Assembly: GCA_008632985.1 (NCBI GenBank)
Contig: QPGO01000065.1
Location: forward strand, 1 to 64,000
Direction: 5' to 3'
Source of the DNA: Psammoneis japonica
Lineage: Eukaryota
Length of the DNA stretch: 64,000 bases
The notes below the pieces were generated by a model. That model worked only from the letters and a program-made list of their open reading frames with translations. It did not search any database and was not told where the DNA came from. A program made the translations under genes and the position numbers. Positions 23,217 to 36,845 of the stretch are shown here, one piece after another (position 1 is the stretch's first letter; every line of letters starts with the position of its first letter).

Positions 23217-26200
23217 ATCTAGAAATACCAATAACGCCATTATAAACGGCACAAGTCTAATAAATTTTGACAGCATCATAAGTAGCAACAATACGGTTGT
23301 GAGACTAGGGTCTATTGATAGTGCTGCAGCAGTATACCGTACGACAGTTGGTTCGAAATAGTGCACAAGAGCAACAGTATTAAAAGTATTATCAAATGCT
23401 AGCTGCAGTACATTTGTCTCAGCCGCGCGGCTTCGTCATCGGTGTGAAGTCAAAGCTGTAACGGCCTTGCATAAAGCCTCGCCAAACTCAAAGGCTTCTT
23501 TCACTGATCGACGAGGAAGCTTGATAAAGTACAGAGGGTGCAAGGTCGGGAACAAGGCGTTTGTATTCTTTCAGAGCCTTTTTAAACACTGCACGAGTAC
23601 TAAGTAACTCATCCAACACCTGTGGAAGTACTCCTTTTACAACAGACTCGGCAACACAGATGGTGCCAGTTGGAACAGCATAGGCATTTGTTTGTTGCCG
23701 CCTCTAAAGATTCGCGCGAAGAAAGGGACTTCATGTGGTGAGCAAGAACAGTCGCGGTGCGACTTTCTGGGTAGACAAAAGGACCTAGCCGCTTTGAAGT
23801 CTGCCCCAAACGACGCATCTCTTTTCGTGTGCTGTGATACTCTAAACAACTGGCAGATGTTGCGTAACAAAGATTATATGCGATGATTGGCGACGGATAA
23901 GAGAAGTGAAATCACACACGACAACCGGATCGTGGTAAACTCCGGACTCGGGCTCGAGAGTAAGTTCCTGGCACTCAAGTGCTTCTTGTCGCCCTGTGTC
24001 TTCCACCGAGGGTGAAAAGAAAAAGTGACATCTGTCTTCCTTTTGCTACCCTTGCTCATGTTACGCGTAGCACTGCGTATTTCGGCTGCACAAGCTTTCT
24101 TCTGAGCTTCCACGCGTTATGGGTCTGTGACACACTCTCGCTACTCAAACTGGAACCAGGTTCAGTTCCTATGCTTTTGTCATTGTTTGAGAATGGATCA
24201 ATCTGTTCACCTTTTTTCGTCCCTCTTTCATCTGACTGCTTGAAGTAGAAAGCCTTCACTTTGTACTGACTGCCACGAATACCCGGGAAACTTTGTGAAC
24301 ATTCGAATCCACTCAACCTTGCAGCCTCATCTGCTCTACCAATAACATCCAACGCGTCAAAAAGAAGAAGGAACGCAAATCCTTGACAAAGGCGGTGCTG
24401 CAGGGCTCTCCACCTGTCTCTTCAATAATCGCCACCGTACCACGCCGAGAGGACCAAATCATCGTTGTACGGGATTCTTTTGTTTAGAACAGTAGCAACC
24501 ATCACCGCTAGGTAGGAAGCAATGGGATGTTTAAGGCAACAACATTCCATCCACAAAACACCAGCCTTCCCGCAATGGAAGTCACCGCATCACCCGGGCC
24601 AACTCTCACTTCCAAGGCCACTGCCGGCTTATTGATGATCCCATCTGGTCGATTCGCCTTTTGATAAAACCACCTTTCCTGGCGGCGCTAGGTTTTGCTC
24701 GTAGAGTTCGACCCAGGAGACTTACCATATCCACCTTGGGAGAGTTAGTGGCCGTCGTGTTGCTTATCGCCAAGAAATCCTTCCCTTGTCTCCCTATAGT
24801 AATGCACCACGTTCAATTATAGGGCCTACAGTACATCCCAAAAGCCCACCTTGAGTATCCCCATCTGACGATTGAAGCGAGCCTCAGGAGAAGATGACGT
24901 TCATTTTACGAACAGGTTCTACATCGACATCCGAAGCCTTTTAAAATGATTTCTGGAGCATGATTGTTACCATTCTCTTTTCATTCACCAACATCAATGT
25001 CCCCTCCTTCTCCGGGATCTCCCGTCAAAACGTATGCCAATGCAAATATTCTGTCTTTCTCCGAGCTTGGCTTCATTGCGATCTCCTTCGACTCGTTGAT
25101 TCCATAGTCTTACCGCTCCGGCACTGAACATGGATTTCAATGGACATTATCGAGAGACACATCGGAAGATCGTAGAAAAATGACAGCTTTTCACTGCAGA
25201 GCATGCCGAAAGTTGAGGGCGATCACCAACCAGACCAGTGTACAATCGCGTTGCAGCTTTCAATCCTCCGCCACCTTCGACATAAATGCGTCCACCAATC
25301 TATCCTATGCCATCAAATGCCTGCGGTGTCTCTTCGACATCCAACAGAGACCTGACAAGGGTTTCAAATTGACCAGCAAGAGACTGGCTTAGTAAATCGC
25401 CGTGCCCATTTTGTCGGTTTCCGGCGATATTGCATTCTTAGGGTGCTCTCATCGAGGGAGACAATTCTTTCTCTGAGCCCGCGTTTTCGCTTGGTATCTC
25501 TTCTATTCCTTGAACGCCAAGGAACTCCTTGTGATCTTGACTCCTGTTTTGAAAGGGGTGCTCCTTCGTCTTTTGTCTGTTTATGGGCTGGGTTGTGGCA
25601 TTTCACTTGTTTGGCATCTGTCCTCTTGCTCTTCAAAAACTGGCTGGCTTTCACTAGGATCTAGGCAGAAACACTCTAGCGGGTGAAAAGAAGCATGGTT
25701 CCAGCGATGCGTCGTCGACAGTAGCTGCCGTTTTATCTCCAGCACATTTGTCATCCTGTCCTTTTTCAGAACATCCGTTAGTCTCTCGAGCACATAAGAT
25801 TGGAAAAATGTTTGGGCCTGCTGCCTGCTGCATCTCCCAAAGGGGATTGGCCCCTTCTCTGCACAGGCGGGAATCGTGGGCTGCACAAAAGAGAAGACAG
25901 GAGCTGTGACGGGTGCAGGCGGTTTAAATTGTGAATTCTTGGCCTGTGCATGTTCATGATGATCGAATTCCACTTGGTTCTTTTGAAATTTCTTGCTTTC
26001 AGTCGTGTGTGTTAGTCGTGTGCATGAGTCGTGTGTGTTGGTCGTGCATTTGTGTCAACAAAAAATGCATCAACACCATGGAACCAAACTCCATCGAGGT
26101 CGCGCAGATCAATGAGCATGCATGAAGTCAACCAGCAAAGCTGAGCACTGAGTTGGTGTTCATGACATGGCATGCTCTATGTTGCATGTTGTCAATGTGC

Positions 26201-28129
26201 TCAAAGTCAGAAATCACTGCTCAGCTCTGCTGCTCAAGCCCCGAGGATCTGTTGCGACGAGTCCAGAAGCGGAGCTCTGTTTGTGCAGAGCCCAGACTTC
26301 AACTCCAATAAAATCTAGTTTTGCATGGTTTGCTGGAGAATCAATCAACTGACAACAGAAATGGGCAACACGCCATGGAGCGCTTGCACCCCATTCATGA
26401 CGGCTCTTGTCAAACAATGATGGCGCCAGTCAATCTTGTGAACAAGATTGCGGTTGACAGTGCAAAACAAAAAATGAGCAGAAGGTTGACAGACAACTGG
26501 AGCATTGATTGTTGTGCTCACTTTTCTTTCCTGCAGTCACAAATGCAAGCCATGCGGTGTTCATGGCAAAGTCCAAGGCAAAAGTTGAACCACCTTGTGC
26601 AGCTGACAAAAAAAATGTGTCAGATGAAAAAGTCGTGCTTGTTCTTCCAATTGACACATCTCATGTGCAGAATGAAGGGGATCGTTTGGATCACTCTTTT
26701 GTTGTGCATTCAGAAAGGCAAGCCATGAGGTGTCCAGTGTGAAGGACAAGGCAAAAACAAAATTGCACATGGTTGGCAAAAACATGGCAGATTGATCGAC
26801 AATGTTTGTTCTTCCCTTTGACCTGTCTTGTGTGCAGAATGCAGTGTGTCATTTTTTCCTTCTTGTGTCGCGTGGTCACAAATTCAAACCACAACAGCTC
26901 CAGAGCAAAGGCTGAGGCAAAAATGGAGCCATGTGTGAGCAATGTTGACATGCATGATTCAATGGCAAAGTTCACTCTTCCCTTGCTCCACCATGAGGGG
27001 CCACACTTTGTGTCAATTTGTCGATGCATCCGTCGTGGTTGGTGGTGGCAAAGCATGGCTTTTTTGTTGTTGAATGTGTCAAAAAGCACACCTGCCTTTA
27101 AAACATGAGATGGGAATTGCAGCACTGCACTCATTTTTTGTTCCTTCCCCTGACCCCTTTCAGTCGTTCCTTCCCACTGAATTGCCCTCATTTCCCGGGC
27201 ATTCTCCAAAAGGGCAAGGCAATTCCCCCTCACCCTTGCCATTTTGGGAGATCCCCAAATGGGCAAAACCAAACTGAGCCCTGGTGACGACTCCACCAAA
27301 GCTCTGGGGTGGGTGCTCCACGCTCTCTGCACAGATGCTCGGTGCATGGCGGGACACTGCCATTGACATTTTTTTCCATGGTGGCACAACTGCTGCTGTT
27401 GCCCCCTTGTTTGTTGTGTGTTGGACTTGCACACTTTGTTTTGTCCTGTGTTCTGTTCTGCTGCATCGTTGCTGCTCTTTGGGTTTGTCTGCATTGTCCT
27501 CTTCTGCCTTTGGCTTGGACACTGCAGATCAGGGGAGGGTGTCAGTCCACCTGTCATGTGATGGACAAACTGTGAGTGGATGATGACCAGACCATGTCTC
27601 TCTGAGATTTGCCTCTCACCATCTTCCCCACTGGGCTTGTGTTGTCATGGCCCTGGTGTCCTGGTGCTCAGGGGGTCTTTCATGTCATTGTCGCCATTGC
27701 CCTTCAGCACTCTGTCATGTCTCCAGTTGACTCTCATCTGTGTCAGAGGTGTGAGGTGGGTGCTGCCCAGTTGACTCAATGCAACCAAGTGCACAATGCA
27801 AGTGCAAAGCCTGTCCACAGCAAGAAAGTTTTTTGTCAGCTCTGACAAGTGTCTCATCAAGGCACAAGCTGCAACACAAGTTCTGGGGAAGATTGAAGAT
27901 TGTTGACCACCCCCCACATCCACAACAAGGTTTTTAGGAGTTGCTTGTCTTGTCATCTTCACACCAGTCAATGGACACTCTATGAACTTTGTGCAGCCAG
28001 GGTTGCTCTGGTTCCCACCTGTTTTTTTTTTTTGCCACAAAACCATTTTGTTTTTGCTGGCGGCAAGCAATCAACACTGCTTGTGTCATCAATCAGTGCA
28101 GCCAAATGTCCCCAAAATGTGAGTGCGAA

Positions 28130-29000
28130 GTGAAACAGGAAGCAGCTGACAGAAAAGTTAAAGTGCACAGGGAGACCCTCAAAACAATCCTCAGGATCCT
28201 GCCCAACCTTCAGGTCAGAGCTGTCAAGCGCAGCACCAAGACTGGAGCGTGGCTGTCAGTGTGCCCTTTGTCGCTGAATGGGCACGGCGGAACTCTCATG
28301 CCAAGAGTTCTGCGATGCACTCCATCTGCAGTGTGGCAGTGCTCCACCCAACCTCCTGGAGTGCTGTGATGGATGTGGATGCAAGTTCCCTTTGAGTCAC
28401 ACTCTTCAGTGTAAGAAGGGTGGCCCAGTCATCTCACGACATGATGAAGCATGTGACAACCTGGGTGACCCAATGGGCAGGGCTTGCAAACCTTCCCACA
28501 TGCGAGACGAACCCCCAATTGACCCTGTTGTTCACAGCACAGGAAGCTCAAGCACCCCCAATGGTTCCCCAGGAAACACCACCTCCAACAAGTCCAAGGA
28601 TGGCAATCGTAGAGACCTTCTTGGCATGAGATTTTGGGACAGAAGGACAGACATGGTGATGGACATTCGCACCTCCAACACGGATGCGGAGCCACACCTG
28701 TCCAAAACACCAGAAGAAGTCCCAGCAAGCCATGAATGTGAAAAGAAGTGCAAGCACCTTCAGCCATGTCTGGAACAACGTCTCGCCACTTCACACCATT
28801 TGTTGCATTGTGCAATGGACTTTTTGGCAAAGAAGCCAAGAGGCGATGCTCCGCCAGACAGCATTGAAACTTTCTGACAAGTGGCAAAAGCCACACTCTG
28901 AAGTGTGTGGCTGCATCAACGTGAGGATGAGTGTCGCCACAGTCAGAGCAACCCACTGTTGCCTCAGGGGATCCCGCATTCCCGCCTCTCAGATCAGCTC
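28130..29000 (+). mobile_element. 3' part of a CRE-like non-LTR retrotransposon (zinc knuckle plus restriction-like endonuclease), pseudogenised
   Basis: TGAWLSVCP, ELSCQEFCDALHLQCG, CDGCG..HTLQCKKGG..SRHDE, RRDLL..FW..DIR, EKKCKHL..CLEQR, FTPFV, LSDKWQKPHS, RATHCCLRGSR. These match CRE-clade motifs once Cys/His are read back as Tyr/Arg. Confidence 0.85.
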
Positions 29001-32000
29001 TCCAGGTGACCTCAGTGGGAAGATGGCACAGGTCTGTCCCTTTGTCGCAGAAACTGAACAACCCCAACACAATCAAACCCCACCCATCCAGACCATTTGC
29101 CTGCCAAAAGTCCACAGAGATTGCTGACACCACGCCCAGAAGACAAAAACCCATCATCGTGCTGAACACGATGCAAGATTCAGTTCAATGTTCGTGCGCA
29201 CTGCCTGCGAAATTGCGCGTGTCAACCCCCCCTTGCTCGTGCAACTGCGCTGGCCATGTGACATCCATTTCTAAACTTTGCACATGTGTCAGATTGTACA
29301 ATGCGTGCAGCACAACCTACAAACATGAATGTTTGACATTTCAAATTTTCCACGACTTGTCGAAACGCAATGACAATGGCGACTGCGAACACAGCACACT
29401 CCATCAATGACCACAAATTCACCATGACACTGCCATGTGTCAACAGCTTGTAATTCATTTCAATTGCGTGTGCCTTGCTGTGCTTTGAAATTGATTCATT
29501 GCAGCAAAAACAGCTGAAATGTTCACTTTTCTGCCCATTGCTTTTCGACCGCATAAGTCGACAATGAGCCCGTTGCACTCTCACGTGTCAATTGTGCCAC
29601 ACATGAGTTCACAAGATGCAACACACTGTTGATTGTTGTGGCTCTTGAAGGCAATGCCGTTGAGAAAACGGCAACCACAGAGTTGCCATGGTGAGGTGGT
29701 TTCTGGCTGCAGTGCACCCACATCAAATTCGCACTGAATCTGAGTCGTGCTTGTCGAGTTAGCGTGGCTGCCGCTTTGCACATCATGTGCCCACCATTCT
29801 CAGTGGTGGGGCCGGAGCAAAAAAAAAGGTGACTCAGCAGAAAAAAAAAAACAACTCAGGCTCTGGTCTCCGCCAAGTGAGTCTGCTGCCATTGGCAAGC
29901 ACTTGGTTGGTGAAAAGCTTGAGAAGCTCCTTTGTGCTTTGTGCTGAGCTGGTCAGATCCTGCACCCCAGAGAGCTTCATTGCCCAAACCCTCTTCTCTC
30001 ACTCAGATTGAAGCAGGAGGCAGCACTTGGCACTTTGCCAAAGTTTTGTCATTCTTGTCAGTTCTGAAAGCAGCCTTGTTGAAGGCTTCTTGAGGTCTGG
30101 TCTTCATGAAGAGATGCTCTCCTGACCTCCTTGGGAGACGTCACAGCAGTGGTGTCAGAGCAGGAGGGAGGAGCAACTGGTGGCAAAAAAGCAGCACAAA
30201 GACACCCCTCTTGACCAAGAAGCTCAAGACAGAATCACAACAAGAGAGGTGCTGCAAAAAAGCAACAGAGAATGAGAGTGAAGGGTGCCATGTCTTGAGC
30301 CACCAGCCAATCCTTCAGAGCCCGGCAACTGCCAGAAACAGCAACTCTGGTGAGTTGGTGAGACAGATTCCCCAAGGATTGCATGCTGTGCATGCACGCG
30401 TGTTTGCACTGTGCTGGTGGCTGGCAGGCTCAGGGTCATTTGGGGGGGGGGCATGTGGCAAGCAGCAGCACAGTGCAGAGACAAGAGACAGCAAAAAAAA
30501 ACACAATGATGGAAGATGTGCCTCTGTTGCGGATGCTTTCACCTGCAGCTCCTCCCATTCCCACATGCAACCATCCCCATTGGCAGGTGACAAAGCTCAA
30601 GCAACCAAAGCTGGTCAAAGGTCAAAGAGATGAGGGCAGGGATCTTTGCACTTTTGCTGGCACAAGGCGAGGACTGTCTCTGTTCCTCACATGCAATGAC
30701 AGGTCAGTCCAGGCACTGACAGTTGAAGCTTTTTAGGTCCGTTTGATCATCCATTCTCAGTGCTTTCCAAAATCTGCCCCCCAGCTTTTCTGTCTGGGGG
30801 GCTCCCAAATTCATTGAAAAATTCTCCTTCTAAAAACCCCAAGCCCAACCGGTGGCATCACGGCAGTTTAGTTGCCGGCAGTTGCTTGGTGTGGAGTGTT
30901 CAAAAAGCAAAAAAGCCTGAAAAAGATCAAATGTTTTCTTGCTGCACCAGTGATGTGCGTGCCTTTGCACATGCACAAATTGTGCATTGACACAAACATG
31001 AAAACAAGAAATCCTGCAAGATCTTTTTGAATGTTCCGCAGTGATGGCGGATCCTGTCCAAAGTTCCCGGTCAAAGAGAGTGGGTTTGCACTTGTGTCAA
31101 CATCTGAAAATTGAGATGCTGATTTTTTTAACATCATGGTGACTGTGAATCTTTCACAACAGCATTGGATGCAACAGCCAGGTTGGATCCCAAATTGCTC
31201 AAGGAGGTCATGTTTGTGATTGATGAGAGCATGAGAGTTGGAAGGCCTTTGCACAGCACATGTTTCCTTCTCAGGTGCTGCACTTGAATCACCCACACTT
31301 CCAAATTCAATGCCACTTGAAATGAAGAGCAACATTGTGAATTGAGCCATCAAGGAATTCAACAACTTTGAAAGCAATTGGGGTCTCATGTGCAAATTGC
31401 TTTTTTGGTTTGCAGAGATGGAGAAGTCAGCTGCAATGTTCCAGCCAGGCATGTCAAGAATGGAAAGAACCTTGGAACACAGTTGAAAACACAGCACATT
31501 TTGAGGAATGTCTGGGTGCTTGACATTGGTCTTCAGCAATGGCTTGAAAAAGTCAATGTTGCATGGAATGTTGCTTTTGAATGTTGGGAAGCAATGTCTT
31601 CACTCCTCGTCCAATGCAGCATGTTTTGGGGAGTGCTCAAAAGCTCCACAGTGTTTTTGAGGAACAACTCCAAAACACAGGCATTGCTTGGTGTGTTCAT
31701 TCTGAAAAGTGGGAAGCAATGTTTTGATTCCTCATCCAACATCAGACATGCAGGGTGTGATTGCATGGTTTGCAGCAGCAGGTGTGTTGCAAGGAGGGAA
31801 AGAAGCTCAGAGTGCAGTCAGCTGGGCTGCATTGTTTGAGGAATGCAGGGAAGTGCAAAAAACTTTTTGGGCAAGGTTTGGGCTGGAAAGATTGCCACAC
31901 CAAAATTTCTTGGTGCATGGACTGTGATCTCTGCTTGTTGTCATGTTGGTGCACTTGTTGTTGTGGACAAGTGCCAGATCACTTTAACAGAGTTTGTTTT

Positions 32001-33299
32001 TTTTACCTCAATTGGGCAGTGCTGCTCAAATCCAAATTTTTGGAACCATTTTTTTGTTTGGAAAGTGTCAACAGTTGAGATGTCAAGGTTCAAATCTGCA
32101 GCTCCAACAACAAAACTCACAATTGTGAAAGGGCCAATTTGGCCAGCTTTCATGGTTGTTCGAGCCAGCTTTGTTGCCCCAAACCCAGCAAAGAAGCACA
32201 TGTGGATGAATGTTTGGATGTCGTTGCAAAGGGTCCAAGATCACTGGTTGTTGTTGTGATGCCAACGGCAACACCTGAGATGTCAATCCCACCATGCTGC
32301 TGCATTGCTGGTCACTTGAGTCAGCATCATTGTCCCCCACCACACCCAGAGAAATCAATTGCAAGAGACTGTCAAGGACACAAAGTAGATTGTAAAGAGG
32401 ATCAGTGCCAAGTGGTGCAATCTTTCAAAGCACCACTTTTCATTGTCAATTAAATCCATTTCTGATCAGCTCTGCTTTTGGCAGAGAAAATCTGAGCTTC
32501 CATTTGACAAATTTCTTCTGCCTCAGCCCTGTGTCACTGTGCAAGTTTTGATGAAGTTTCTCAAGAAGAAGGTGGGTTTGCAAAAACTGGAGTTTCTTTC
32601 ACCACTTTCCAGAGAGACTTTTGCAGCAAAATGTCACACCGGGAGAGCTCATCTCACAGGGAGAGCACCTGCATTGTCCACGTGAGCAAGCCGAGCAAGT
32701 GAGCGCAGCCACTGCATGAGCCAGGGTCACTGGCCAGAGCAATGAGCCTGGTGTGTGTTGAAGTCATGTGTGCACTTTGCACCACAACACTGTGGAAAAA
32801 TTTGTGCCATGTGACGTCACATCACTCTCAAAACTTGATGCAGCCAAAGACTGCCACCCCACTTCTGTGCCTGCCAACTCCACCTCCAATCCTCCATCCT
32901 GGACCATTGTTGGCCACAAGCACTGCAATGCCAACAGCACCCTGCCTGACCCTTTCAACACCATCCTTGAAACACCTTTTCCCCCATCCCAACAAGACAT
33001 TGATGGAGACTGCATGTCCGACAATGCACACATGGATGGCCTCAACCTCTTCAGCAAAGATGATGACCCCAACAATGACGCCAATGCCACAAACATGATG
33101 TCACAAAGTGACATTGACAACTGTGACACCCTCAATTCATGGGTCCAAACATCAAAGCTTGGGCTGTTGAGGACAACACTGATCTGCAATCCTTCCACTG
33201 ACATCTCCAAGAGTGGAGCCCCCAAGCACCATGATGCATCTAGAGTGTCCACACTGTGAATGGTCTCTGCTGGAAAACACTGCCACCCAAAACCTCCCC

Positions 33300-36050
33300 A
33301 AGGCAGACCAAGCACAAAACCCTGGACCTCCATTTTCTCCTGCAAGACTTTCTCTCTCAAGCCAAATTACATTCTTGCCACACATGCAACTCCACCCAAC
33401 ATCTGCATGTTTGTGACCCAGCAACCTGTGCAACCATGTCACCCACCACAACCCCCCCTCACTGACACCAACTCCACCCTCATGGCCACACACACCTGCC
33501 TCACGGCACTGCCTGGCCCACCACACCACAACAGCTCAACACTCTTGAGCTTGCTTCCCCGCCATTTTGCACTTCCATGTGCCGCAAGCTGTCTCCCTCC
33601 ATGCGCCACAAAGTCTTTGTTGCCCCACACCACATCCTGACTTGGATCATTGAGTCCACCAAGAAGCCCTCACACACCTCAACCCCAACAACCCAGCTCC
33701 ACCCCATGAGTGCACATCTCTGCACCTTTCTGAAAACTGCTGCTTCTCTTTGAAGCAATTGCCCTTGCTCCACCTTGCTGCTCCCCAACTGCAAACCCCA
33801 ATCGCTGCCCATCAGCTGCCTCTGTTGCACCCACGCACCTTGAACTCTTTCAACAAGGGTGCATCTGCAAACCACATGACACCGCATGTGCCAACCCCCC
33901 CCCCCCCACACACACACACACTGCTCCCAACACCTGCTGTCACACAGCTCAAGTGTCCGTTGATGCCGATGACTTTGGTGCCACTTGCCATCGCGTCACT
34001 TCCAGCCTCCTGATTGCCACCATCAATGACACCCGCCTTCAGCTCATCCACAATCTGCACCCACCCCACATCCCACACCCACTGCAGGCATCTGCCACCA
34101 ACACACGGCACCCCACGCCCCCTCCATCCCCAACACACTTCACCGATGATTGCCTTTTTGCCGCCCTCAGCAAATGCAAGCCTGGCGCTGCTGCTGGCCC
34201 ATGCGCTGACTCCACCAACCTCCTCAAAGGCTGCACCCTCTACAAAACAAGTGCTCCCACTCAGCAGCAACTCTGCCTGCACCTTGTCACCTTCAAGGGG
34301 TTCATGATGATTCTCCAAACCAACTCCGTTCCCTCCAACATCTAACCCCTCACCACTGCTGACTGCTTTGCAGCACTGCGTGAAGACCCCACCAACCTCG
34401 ACAAGCTGCAACCCATCAGTTGCTGCGCTGCAGTTTGTCGCATAACCAGTGCCCGCACTGTGACCATCAATGCACCCGCTCTCACAGAACACCTCCTCCC
34501 AGACAGCCAATTTGGAGTGGGCATTGAGGATGGATCTCTGCGTGCTGCGGTCTGTTTTTTGGGAGCTCGTAATTTTTGTAAAAATGACCCGGATTCTTCA
34601 TGCTAAATGCACGAGCTTGCCAAAAACAATGTTTTGGCAACAGGCTGAACTTTGTCTGCTTCAAAAACACCACAAAATGCACAAACAATGGCTGTGAGCA
34701 TGCGTGACTTTTACCCCATCAACAGCAGATGTGTCCACAGTCAGTCAAATGCCGCCACTTGTCGGATTTTCCCAGAAAGTTGTGGCCAACATCTCACAAG
34801 AAGCCTGATTTTTGCAACAATTGGTGTTTTTTTTTTTTTGAACCTGGCAATGGGAATCTTTCGAAAATGACCCGTGACGCAAAAGCACAACACAATTGTG
34901 GACGCCTGCAGAGTCTGCATGTTTTTGCACTGAAGCTGTCATGCTCACACAATTTGTGCAAAAACAGACTTGACTGTTGTCGCATTGGGTCAGGTGCATT
35001 TTTGCAAATGCATTGAAGAAAAATGCACCTGATCAGAAAACAGTCAAGTCCATTTTTTGCGAAGTTAAAATTCACCAAGGACAGACAGACAGACTTTTCA
35101 ATGATTGTCTTGGCACTGTTCCACACATTTCTACGCAAATGACTCTACAGCACAAAAGATTGCTGTTGCAACAGGACACAGGCCAACAAGTGGCATTTGA
35201 AGCTTTGAATTTGCAGCTCTCATGCTAGTGCAACAGCCCTGAGAAGGGCTTGACGAGTGCACAAGTGCTTGGGGGCATCTCCAAGGCAGGTCAAAATGAC
35301 ATGATGAAGTGTGGGAAATGCGAGCTGTTTTAAATTAGACTGCAGCACATAGATCCATCCTTGAAGATGGCCTTGATTGCCTCACACATGCCACCCATGC
35401 CAATGTTGAATGTTGCCCCAACACCACCACACCGACCCACGCCTTTCTCGCCCTTGACCCACTCAACTTTTTCAACAAAGGCTCTCGTGCAACACCTGTC
35501 AGGAACTCCTTGACAGCACACCCACCTTCAGACACCTCATCCCCATCTTCAACCTCTGCCACAACATGCCAAACACATGCTGGTGCCGCAATCCAGATGG
35601 CAACTGGCAATCCTCCCCACAGCCAGAAGAGGTTTTTCTCAATGATGCCCACTTGTTCCCCCGCTCTCCGCTCTCATTTTGAGCACGGCACTCAAACAGC
35701 TCAACGCTGAACTTTGCCAACACTTCCCATCCTCTGACATTGCGTCAGCTGCTTCCCTCATCAATGACACCAACATGTTTGGCTCCCACAAACCGAGCTG
35801 CCGTGGTTCCCACAACGCCTCAACAAACCAGGCCCCCCCAACATGGAGTCCACCTCAACCGCTCCAAGAAACACATGCTTGCCTCCATCTCTGGCACCAG
35901 CCCTTTATCCAGCCTGCCCCCAACAAGTGCTGATGCCCTTTGCAAAGCCCTGTTTTTCCTTGACCCTGCCAACAATCCTGCCCTCCACCCCAAAATCACC
36001 ACTGCCCCCCGCTTCCTTGGCCAACCCATCAGCAGCCCTGCAGCATGTGA
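33300..36050 (+). mobile_element. CRE-like non-LTR retrotransposon reverse-transcriptase region, pseudogenised and interrupted by the 34528..35360 insertion
   Basis: KPGAAAGPCAD, LTALREDPTNLDKLQPIS, EHLLPDSQFGVGI|EDGLD, AFLALDPLNFFN (RT D..NAFN motif). Boundaries approximate. Confidence 0.7.
34528..35360. mobile_element. Non-autonomous TIR DNA transposon (833 bp), TTGA target duplication, possibly Kolobok-like
   Basis: Ends ggatggatct..ctgcgtgctgcggtctg and tagactgcagcacatagatccatcc are inverted repeats. ttga flanks both sides (34524..34527, 35361..35364). Removing it restores QFGVGIEDGLD in the host LINE. Confidence 0.75.
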
Positions 36051-36845
36051 CTGTCACGTGCATGTTCATGATCATGTGTTATTTGTGTGTCAATCGCACC
36101 ACAGTCGTGGATGCGCACAAAGGACAGAACGATCACACAGAGTTGATCGGATGTCGAGAATTGCAAACACGATCGATTGACGATGTTGACATCTTGCGTG
36201 TCAATGGCAATCACATCCAGACAATCTGTTGTCACGAATGCATTCTCCGAAAGGCCTTTTGTCTGCAGAAGCAGTGCAGAAGCTTCAGGCCATTGAGAAC
36301 TCGTTCGGAGAAACCAAAAATCACAGAGTGAAATTCAATCTCATAAATTTCCACTTTTCGCACACTGTTCTACTTTCGGGATTGTTGGATCACACCCTTG
36401 ACGAGCTGATTGAGGTTTGAGTCATCTGGAGGTCGGTGAGGACGTCCATGACAAAAAAACATGTCAAATCAGGCTCTGACAGTGCTGTTGATTCCAAAAT
36501 CAAAAAGGTTCCAAATTTGGTTCCCAAAATGGTCTCCTGTGTGGCACCTGAACAATCCAAAGTGAGTGCAAGGTCCAATCTTTGAAAAAAGAACACCTGC
36601 ATCACGGATTGAAGCCATTCTGAAAATGAGCCAGCAAAAGAGTGCAAGGGTGACTCTGAAAGAGACCCAAAAATGCGCAGTTCAAATGGCAATTGCACGC
36701 GGTCGCGTCGCGATGACGAAAATGCCGCTCGCAAAAAAAGAGATGAACGTCATGATTGATCAGGCGGTTCAAAAAACACTCAAAGCAAGTTCCTCGAACA
36801 AAGAAAAAGAGCACAAGGGCAAAGAATCAGATTCTGATGCCCTCA

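Larger units (their letters stand above)
25920..36845. mobile_element. Nested degenerate transposon block depleted of both TpA and CpG
   Basis: Manual count at 31141..31980 gives 0 TA and 1 CG in 840 bp despite AT-rich composition. Contains the LINE remnants listed below; other parts are unassigned. Boundaries approximate. Confidence 0.75.

Noticed and set aside
24250..25420. Possible HET-domain-like pseudogene on the minus strand (SEKDRIFALAYVL)
   Set aside because: One short motif resemblance in stop-interrupted frames; insufficient without a profile search.
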